This document shows, one piece after another, positions 15,563-22,164 of a stretch of 22,164 nt of DNA. The DNA comes from a virus (Duplodnaviria; Heunggongvirae; Uroviricota; Caudoviricetes), in the IMG/VR virus record IMGVR_UViG_2657245091_000012; one strand, 5' to 3'. Within the stretch, counting starts at the first letter, position 1, and each line of letters starts with the position of its first letter. A program made the position numbers and the translations under genes. The notes beneath the pieces were generated by a model, which did no database searches, had not been told where the DNA came from, and was given only the letters and a program-made list of their open reading frames with translations.

Positions 15563-18500
15563 ATGGATATCAGCCCGTTAGCGACGTTGAACAATTACCG
15601 CAATGGCGAGCACTCCATATGTCAAAAGCCCTGGAAGAAAAATACAAAGCTCAAGCTGGGAAACGTTGATCGCGCTGGTAAAAGAGAGGTTATTTTGAAA
15701 GAGAATAAAGACCGTATCGCAATAATTGACGCTATTCAGGAGGCGAGCACAAACGAACTTAAAGCTCTTGCTGAGGTAAAAGACGCCATTCTTTCTGGGG
15801 CAAGCACCATAACTCAACAGGACGAAAGGCAAGGCAGAGTTAGCAACAGACTATCACGCAGGCGTAAAGACTACGAGCAAAGTACATCTGATAGCGTTAG
15901 AGATGTCCAAACTAACCCATATAAAAAACGTCTCCCTGCTAAAAAGGAAAGGGCACCGATAAACCAAACCGTGGACCGCTCTATCGTTGCAACGAACACA
16001 CCAGAAAGTGTTCGCTCCGTGCAATCACGTCAGACCATCCGAAAACCGGACGGTTTTATACCGGTAGCTGCTAATTCAGCCCCTCTTGAACCACAATCTC
16101 CCCAAAGTCTAAAAGGCCCGCTGCGGGATAGTAGTGGACGTTTTGTATCCCAAAAAAGCAATGAGGATGTAGCCAGAAAAAAAGAATTGCAGAACGCACG
16201 TAAAGCCGACGCAAAATTACAAGCTGGCTTTCTCAGAAAGCTAGGTTCCATTATGGGGGTAGATGGCAATCAGTCTTCCAGTGAAGAGTCTTTAACAAAT
16301 GCAGCTGGTGTCGGTGCTGGTGGGCCGTTATGGATGGCGGCTCGTGGCATGTACGACATAACTAAAGAGATCACAGGTAAAGCAGAATCTCTTAAAGAAT
16401 GGGTAGAAAAGGGGAAAAAAGAAACATCAACCTCGAAAGCGATATCACCAGTAATTACTTATCCGGCGGCGGTGAATTCTCAAAAAGCAACATCTGCAAA
16501 AGCGTTCAATAACGCTGTTGAGACAAAATCCGCACAAGCAGTAGAAGAGCAAACCAAAATCCTTCAGACCAATGACAACAAAATAATTGATGGTCTGGAA
16601 AATGTTTCTGACGAGATACTTAAGCTTCGGAAATCAGTGTATTCTGGAAATAAGTTCGGCTTAAGTGATCTCTGGAAAAATCGAGCAAGCAGAAGAAATA
16701 AAATCAATATTGGTGATCAGACGGGAAAAAATAAACGGAACAAATCGAAAAGGAAAGGCCGCAATCTTGGAAAAAAAGCACTCTCCGCTGGCGAAAAAGT
16801 TGCTGCCGGTAGCGCTGCGGCTGGCACTGGTGTCGGAGCAGCAAAAGTAGTTAAAAATAAGATCAGCAAACCCAAAGATGTAAGCACTATCAGCGATACA
16901 TCAAAGGGGATTGCAAAGGAAACAAAAAATACTGCTAAGGCCGTGAAGTCAGCTGGTGTTGTGGCTGAAGATGCCACCATTAAAACCGGCGAAGCCATTG
17001 CAAAGAAAAAAACTGAATCTGTAGCCCTCAAAAGTGCTGCAAAAATAGGTGTTAAATCAGCAGCATCCACAGCGGCAAGAGCGGTCCCTATCATCGGTTC
17101 GCTGGCAATGGCTGGATATGACGCCATAGATGGTTACACAGATACAGAGGCGCAAAAGGCAGCCTTTGGTTTAAGTGACGATAATGCTGTATCCGAACAG
17201 CAAAAAACGGCTTACGCAACAGCTAATGTGCTCGATATGGGGGGCTTGGTGTCGGGCGCAACGAACTTGATAGGGAAAGGAATTTCTGCGCTAGGATTTG
17301 AAAGAGCAGGTGAAAAACTTCAGAATTTTGATACCGGAGATATTGCTCGTGGTGTTAACGGCGCGGTAGATATCACCAAATCTGTTTTTGGTAGCCTTAA
17401 GGATACATTTTTATCCACTGACGAAAACACGAAACAAGTAAAAAAAGCTGTTGAAGACGGCACCAAAAAAACTGTCGATGCGATTCATTCTCTAGGTGAA
17501 CAATTACAAGGTGGGCGTAATGGCGAGGATGGAGTTGGTGAGCACGGGTATACTTCTCCAACTGAATTTAGTGCACCTGCCAACAACACCATTGCAGCGG
17601 ATCTGAATATTGGCGGCAGCAACGCTAAAAACCGCAATTACCGAAATAATAATCTCGGCAATCTTGTTTTTGCCAACCAGGAAGGGGCGACGCTGGAATC
17701 GCCAAATGCAAAAGGTGAACAACGTTTTGCTCGATTTAACACGCCTGAAGAAGGGATCAGGGCACTGGCAAACCAGGTTTCCAGCTATTACAACGGCACC
17801 AGTGCCGCAGCGGGATATCAGAAGTTACAGACGGTATCCAGCATCATTTCAAAATGGGCACCGCCAAATGAGAACAATACTAACCAATATATTGATAACG
17901 TCAGTAAATATCTTGGTGTATCGCCTAATGAAAAAATAGATGTCAGCAACCCAGAGGTTATGACGCAATTAGTTCGTGCAATTGCGACGAAAGAAGGCGG
18001 AAATCCGGCAGTTAATAATGAGTTCATTAAGAATGCACTTGGAGCATTTAACACAAACACTGGTCGATGGGAGGGACAATTCTCTGACGAAACATTGGCG
18101 CGGATTAATAAAATTCAGAAAGAAAATGGTGGTCAGCTAATTGCCCGCGATTCGCAATATAGTGTTGGTCGCAAGGTAAAATATGCTAATGGAAAATCTC
18201 CAGCTCATCCAGTTTTGAATGCCGTTCCGACAGCAACACAACAGCCAATTGAGGTTGCACAACATGCCCAGGCAGTCAAAAAGCCACAAAAAACAGGCAA
18301 TCAATCGCAACCGATTAATCCAGAGAATGTTGATGTTAATACTGGCTCGCCATCAAGTCTGCTTGAGAGATTAATCGCTATAAATGAAAGCGGGGTAGGT
18401 AATTTATTTGGAGGTGCGGCTACCAGCCTTGCTGGTACAAGCCTTGGCCTGATTAAGGATTTTGCGTCGGCGACTTCGTTTGGTTCTATATCTTCGCTTT

Positions 18501-19345
18501 CCGAAAAAGCGAAAGGAATGGATCAGGCTCTTACTGAAAAGATATCCAGCTTAACCGGTAAATCTTTTGGATTTCAAAAAGCAAGCCAGGTAACTGATAT
18601 AAGAGACGCTTTACAAAAAAGACCAAAAGCTGAACTCGATATGCCTTCAGTGGATCTTCTCTCCGGTGTTTCTTCGGCAAGTGAGAGTGAAAAAATCTCT
18701 GTAAACTCAAGGGGGATTCCAGTTTATGACAATGGATACAAGGTAATTGATGGTGAAGATAAGGGGGTGCTTGGCTCTTTGTTTGACTCGTCATTAACAG
18801 GTCTGAAACGTATTAGCTCTGCTGTGTTACCTGCAATTGGCGATAACGTTTCACAACTTATTGGTGGGGTAGATGGCACAGGCATTGTTAATGATTTGAT
18901 TTATCAGGCTACTGGGCAGAATTCAACAATTGCCAGGGCTATTAGCCCGCTTACCAGGAGCGCCGGTAGTTGGCTGAATAATGGTATTCAACAAACCGCA
19001 GATAGCATTAGAGGTATATCAAACGAAGCCAATAATGCCATATTTGGCTCTGCGTCAGCCGTGCAAGAACCTTTTCTTGCTTTGCCACCACAGCTTCCTA
19101 CTGTAACAGATCTCGCACGAAGCGGAATAAGACAACCATTAACTACTGACACTATAAATAACGATCCTGCTATGTTGAAGGCGCTGGATAACATCTGCTC
19201 TATCCTGAACGATCTTCTGAATGTGAACAAGAACAATACAAAAGGCGATCCGGATAAGGTTGTCAAAACATCGCAGCCGCAACCGCGACCACGTGCTAGC
19301 ACAACTATTAATGACCCGTCGCTGGATGCTCTGCTTGAGGATTAA
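15563..19345 (+). CDS. large tail protein, putative tape measure protein (1260 aa)
   Basis: Very long ORF with a Lys-rich coiled-coil-like N-terminal third, Ala/Gly-rich hydrophobic segments (AGSAAAGTGVGAAKVV, AVPIIGSLAMAG), and position between tube-like and baseplate-like genes; contains a conserved-looking internal segment (NNNLGNLVFANQEGATLESPNAKGEQRFARFNTPEEGIRALANQV) of unknown function. Confidence 0.5.
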   Translation: MDISPLATLNNYRNGEHSICQKPWKKNTKLKLGNVDRAGKREVILKENKDRIAIIDAIQEASTNELKALAEVKDAILSGASTITQQDERQGRVSNRLSRRRKDYEQSTSDSVRDVQTNPYKKRLPAKKERAPINQTVDRSIVATNTPESVRSVQSRQTIRKPDGFIPVAANSAPLEPQSPQSLKGPLRDSSGRFVSQKSNEDVARKKELQNARKADAKLQAGFLRKLGSIMGVDGNQSSSEESLTNAAGVGAGGPLWMAARGMYDITKEITGKAESLKEWVEKGKKETSTSKAISPVITYPAAVNSQKATSAKAFNNAVETKSAQAVEEQTKILQTNDNKIIDGLENVSDEILKLRKSVYSGNKFGLSDLWKNRASRRNKINIGDQTGKNKRNKSKRKGRNLGKKALSAGEKVAAGSAAAGTGVGAAKVVKNKISKPKDVSTISDTSKGIAKETKNTAKAVKSAGVVAEDATIKTGEAIAKKKTESVALKSAAKIGVKSAASTAARAVPIIGSLAMAGYDAIDGYTDTEAQKAAFGLSDDNAVSEQQKTAYATANVLDMGGLVSGATNLIGKGISALGFERAGEKLQNFDTGDIARGVNGAVDITKSVFGSLKDTFLSTDENTKQVKKAVEDGTKKTVDAIHSLGEQLQGGRNGEDGVGEHGYTSPTEFSAPANNTIAADLNIGGSNAKNRNYRNNNLGNLVFANQEGATLESPNAKGEQRFARFNTPEEGIRALANQVSSYYNGTSAAAGYQKLQTVSSIISKWAPPNENNTNQYIDNVSKYLGVSPNEKIDVSNPEVMTQLVRAIATKEGGNPAVNNEFIKNALGAFNTNTGRWEGQFSDETLARINKIQKENGGQLIARDSQYSVGRKVKYANGKSPAHPVLNAVPTATQQPIEVAQHAQAVKKPQKTGNQSQPINPENVDVNTGSPSSLLERLIAINESGVGNLFGGAATSLAGTSLGLIKDFASATSFGSISSLSEKAKGMDQALTEKISSLTGKSFGFQKASQVTDIRDALQKRPKAELDMPSVDLLSGVSSASESEKISVNSRGIPVYDNGYKVIDGEDKGVLGSLFDSSLTGLKRISSAVLPAIGDNVSQLIGGVDGTGIVNDLIYQATGQNSTIARAISPLTRSAGSWLNNGIQQTADSIRGISNEANNAIFGSASAVQEPFLALPPQLPTVTDLARSGIRQPLTTDTINNDPAMLKALDNICSILNDLLNVNKNNTKGDPDKVVKTSQPQPRPRASTTINDPSLDALLED

Positions 19346-19350
19346 TACAG

Positions 19351-19725
19351 ATGCTTTATGAAATAGACGCAAGACTTCAAACGAATGAGAGCGGTGTCAT
19401 TATTGCAGAAGGAAGTACCGCAGCATGGATGGCCCGACTTGACGAGTGGCTACGAACCCCTGAAGGGAGTGTTTATGGTTTACCCTCTTGGGGGAATCCA
19501 ATGGAAGAATTTAAGCATGAACCATTCGGCTCTGAAACTTCGCACATAGTTGAAGTGGCTATTGAAGGGAGAATGATGAAAAAACTACGACAAGACTTGC
19601 CAGGTTTGGATGTGCAGGGGATTCGTTGCACATCAATTTCTGAAGATTCTTTATTAATTAGTTTTTATGCGAAAGGTGGGAGCATGGATATTGTTATGCA
19701 GAAATCAAGTGGGGTGGGCGCGTGA
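19351..19725 (+). CDS. hypothetical small tail/baseplate protein (124 aa)
   Basis: Directly downstream of the tape-measure-like gene; its stop overlaps the next gene's start (GTGA). Confidence 0.4.
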   Translation: MLYEIDARLQTNESGVIIAEGSTAAWMARLDEWLRTPEGSVYGLPSWGNPMEEFKHEPFGSETSHIVEVAIEGRMMKKLRQDLPGLDVQGIRCTSISEDSLLISFYAKGGSMDIVMQKSSGVGA

Positions 19726-21152
19726 CGATTACAGAATTACTGGACAAATTTAATGCCAAGTTAAATGAAAACACATGGTGGTCACGATTTGTAAATAGTC
19801 AGTTTGTGCAGATGCACGCTATATTCGGATCACAGCTTATTTATATTGCCCGTACATTTGCAAGCCGCGGCCTCACTGAGGGACTTATTTCAACGGCTAC
19901 GCGCCGCTCAAGTATTTTAGCGGTTGCTGAAGACCGTAGCTACGTAGGGAGATTTGTTAGTGCTTCATACGGAACAACGTCTATAACCAATAAAACTGAT
20001 CGGGATATTACGTTACCAGCCGGGGCTGAATTGCTTGCCAATGACCAAACACCTTTGGCAATTATTAACAGTGTTGTAATTCCTGCTGGAGGAACTGTTT
20101 CTGGCGTAGAAACTAAACAGCATGAAGCTGTTAGCGTTACATTTGATATTGAGAAGGAAACTTTATTTCTGACATTGTTGCTTTCCAGAGAGTTAACAAA
20201 AGAAGTCTCTAGCCTGGATGTTTATGTTATTACAGATGGCGTAGAAGAAAAATGGACATATAACCCATTATTTAGAATGTCCAGAGACAAGAGTAAGCAC
20301 TATTCATTGGCATATAAACCTACAGAACAACTAGGAGTCAAGTTTGGTGATGGTTCTATGGGTATGATGCCTCCAGCAGGCTGTCAGGTTCGAATCGATG
20401 TTATGGCTAGCCTTGGCGACTATACTTTGGCTGAAGGACAAAAGTTAGAACCGGCTGGAAATATCGCTCAATATGTGGAGTCACTAGAGTTTAAAACTGA
20501 TTCGATCATTACCGGTGGTAGTGGTATGGAAACTACAGAAGAAACTCGAAATCGTGCTCAGTATTATGTTGCATACGATGAACAAGTGGTATGGGGCGGT
20601 GATTATCGCCAATTCATTCAGAATGTTGTTCATGGAACTTCATGGTTGAACGTTTGGGGCGAAGCGTTACAAGAGAAAATAACTGGGTTTGACGTTCGAA
20701 ACATCAACAAAATCTTCTTTTGCGGACATAAACCGGGTGTAAGCCAGGCTCAGCTAAAATCAGAAATACTGAAAGCTCTAGAGAATGTTCCAAATGAGTT
20801 GAACAAGCGGTTCGAGTATGTAGATACAAATGAACAGCCATTTACTATAAATTTTACAGGTATTGCACGTAAAAATGTTCTGATAGACGACGCTCAAAAT
20901 GCTATTAAAGCAGCGTTGGAAGATAATTTTGGCCGTGATTCGTCATCATTCAGTTTATTACTACAGAGTGATGATGATTCCCAGCAATGTTATGCACAGG
21001 TAAAAGTTAAAGATATTTGGCGAGTAATAGAGTCTCTGGATATGTTTCTGTCTTACGACATAACAATACAAAATATGAAAGATGCTGTTTACTTTAATGA
21101 CTTCATTTATCTTGACGTGAAATCTTCAACGTTCAGCATTTCTTACCCGTAA
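19722..21152 (+). CDS. hypothetical tail/baseplate protein (476 aa), GTG start overlapping the upstream stop
   Basis: Translational coupling (GTGA at 19722-19725); position after the tape-measure-like gene suggests a baseplate or tail-completion role; no motif recognised. Confidence 0.4.
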   Translation: MTITELLDKFNAKLNENTWWSRFVNSQFVQMHAIFGSQLIYIARTFASRGLTEGLISTATRRSSILAVAEDRSYVGRFVSASYGTTSITNKTDRDITLPAGAELLANDQTPLAIINSVVIPAGGTVSGVETKQHEAVSVTFDIEKETLFLTLLLSRELTKEVSSLDVYVITDGVEEKWTYNPLFRMSRDKSKHYSLAYKPTEQLGVKFGDGSMGMMPPAGCQVRIDVMASLGDYTLAEGQKLEPAGNIAQYVESLEFKTDSIITGGSGMETTEETRNRAQYYVAYDEQVVWGGDYRQFIQNVVHGTSWLNVWGEALQEKITGFDVRNINKIFFCGHKPGVSQAQLKSEILKALENVPNELNKRFEYVDTNEQPFTINFTGIARKNVLIDDAQNAIKAALEDNFGRDSSSFSLLLQSDDDSQQCYAQVKVKDIWRVIESLDMFLSYDITIQNMKDAVYFNDFIYLDVKSSTFSISYP

Positions 21153-21162
21153 TGAGGTTGGC

Positions 21163-21827
21163 ATGAAAGATAATTGGCTTAAGGAACGATTAACTAAAGT
21201 AAAACAGGATTCACATCTCTGGAGTGCCTTTATCGACGCTTTACAGGATGTCTGGAATGAGGCAGTAGAACCAATATTAACAAGAATAAGTAACAGAAAA
21301 TCCTTCTTCACTATGGACAGTGAGGATATGGATGCCCGCATTGCTGAATACGGGCGTTTTTTCGTCATCACTGAAAAAGATAAGGCTCGTAGGCCAATGC
21401 TACTGGCACAACGTTTAGATGAAGTGCACTTTAAAGGCACTATCTTGCCTATTGAGCAGACATTCTGGCGTGAATTCGGTTGTATTCCTGTTAGCTGGGA
21501 ACCGCTGTATGCACCTGTAAATATAGAAAAACACCCCTATGGTTCATATTTTGCGACCGAAATAGAAATACCTACGGCACAGGCTCAATTCGGTGAGTTC
21601 TTCCTGACATCAAGGGGGCTGGTCGTTGTTGATCAGAACAAGCTATATCGCTCATATGGAGAGCAGGATAAAGAAGCCGCTGTGCAGAAATTGTTATCTG
21701 ACTTCGAAACAGTAATAGCCCCTTTGTTGCCATTGCATATTGTTTTTGATGGCGTCTCGTTTCGGCTTAGTGCTGTATTCCCTGAAGTGGCAGAAATACT
21801 AAATTGCTTGTCTACGGATGTTTCGGT
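21163..21827 (+). pseudogene. structural-block gene truncated at its 3' end by an IS3-family insertion
   Basis: The ORF (ATG 21163, SD gaggttgg) reads without a stop into the IS terminal repeat; its last 16 codons ([16 protein letters not shown]) are encoded by IS sequence. Confidence 0.5.
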
Positions 21828-22164
21828 TGAACCGCCCCGGAAATCCTGGAGACTAAACTCCCTGAGAAAGAGGTAAACAGGATGACTAAAAATACTCGTT
21901 TTTCCCCCGAAGTCCGTCAGCGGGCGATTCGTATGGTTCTGGAAAGTCAGGATGAATATGACTCACAGTGGGCGGCAATTTGTTCCATTGCCCCAAAGAT
22001 TGGCTGTACGCCGGAGACTCTGCGTGTCTGGGTTCGCCAGCATGAGCGGGATACCGGGAGTGGTGATGGTGGACTCACCACCGCTGAACGTCAGCGTCTG
22101 AAAGAGCTGGAACGTGAAAATCGTGAACTGCGCCGCAGTAACGATATCCTTCGCCAGGCTTCCG
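21828..22164 (+). mobile_element. IS3-family insertion sequence, left end (IS629/IS1203-like by recollection); continues past the right edge
   Basis: Terminal repeat beginning TGAACCGCCCCGG at 21828, followed by SD and the orfA start; OrfA N-terminus is typical of IS3-family IS629-type elements. Confidence 0.8.
21882..22164 (+). CDS. IS3-family transposase OrfA (helix-turn-helix and leucine-zipper part), partial at the right edge
   Basis: Translation [94 protein letters not shown] is recognisable as IS3-family OrfA. Confidence 0.85.
   Translation, partial: MTKNTRFSPEVRQRAIRMVLESQDEYDSQWAAICSIAPKIGCTPETLRVWVRQHERDTGSGDGGLTTAERQRLKELERENRELRRSNDILRQAS

Noticed and set aside
16660-16900. A-rich, Lys-codon-rich stretch that looks repetitive at the DNA level
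   Set aside because: It is in frame within the tape-measure-like ORF and encodes a Lys-rich segment; it is compositional bias, not a tandem DNA repeat or mobile element.
16717-17127. 136-aa Ala-rich minus-strand ORF inside the tape-measure-like gene
   Set aside because: Antisense of an Ala/Gly/Lys-rich coding stretch; the low-complexity translation is typical of a shadow ORF.

Overview
The window reads as a mosaic phage-plasmid-like element abutting a host gene. From left to right: the 5' end of glnS (minus strand, runs off the left edge); two plasmid partition loci (a ParA/ParG-like type Ib pair and a ParM/ParR type II pair, each with candidate centromere/operator repeats); a PAAR-like spike-tip gene translationally coupled to an unknown 269-aa gene; an overlapped Rz/Rz1-type spanin pair; a two-gene minus-strand operon with an RHH-like protein; a contractile-tail virion block (565-aa capsid-like protein ending in a dnaX-type slippery heptamer, a Big_2 Ig-like protein, tail sheath, an acidic/basic 244-aa protein, tube-like proteins, a 1260-aa tape-measure-like protein, baseplate-like genes); an F RepE-like iteron replicon (repA between two iteron arrays, with an AT-rich tract and a DnaA-box-like site) sitting inside the tail block; and an IS3-family element at the right edge that truncates the last structural gene. 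No rRNA, tRNA or CRISPR array was recognised. All product calls rest on reading the translations and on motif-level similarity recalled from memory; no database search or computation was run, so family assignments other than glnS, parM, repA and the IS transposase are provisional.
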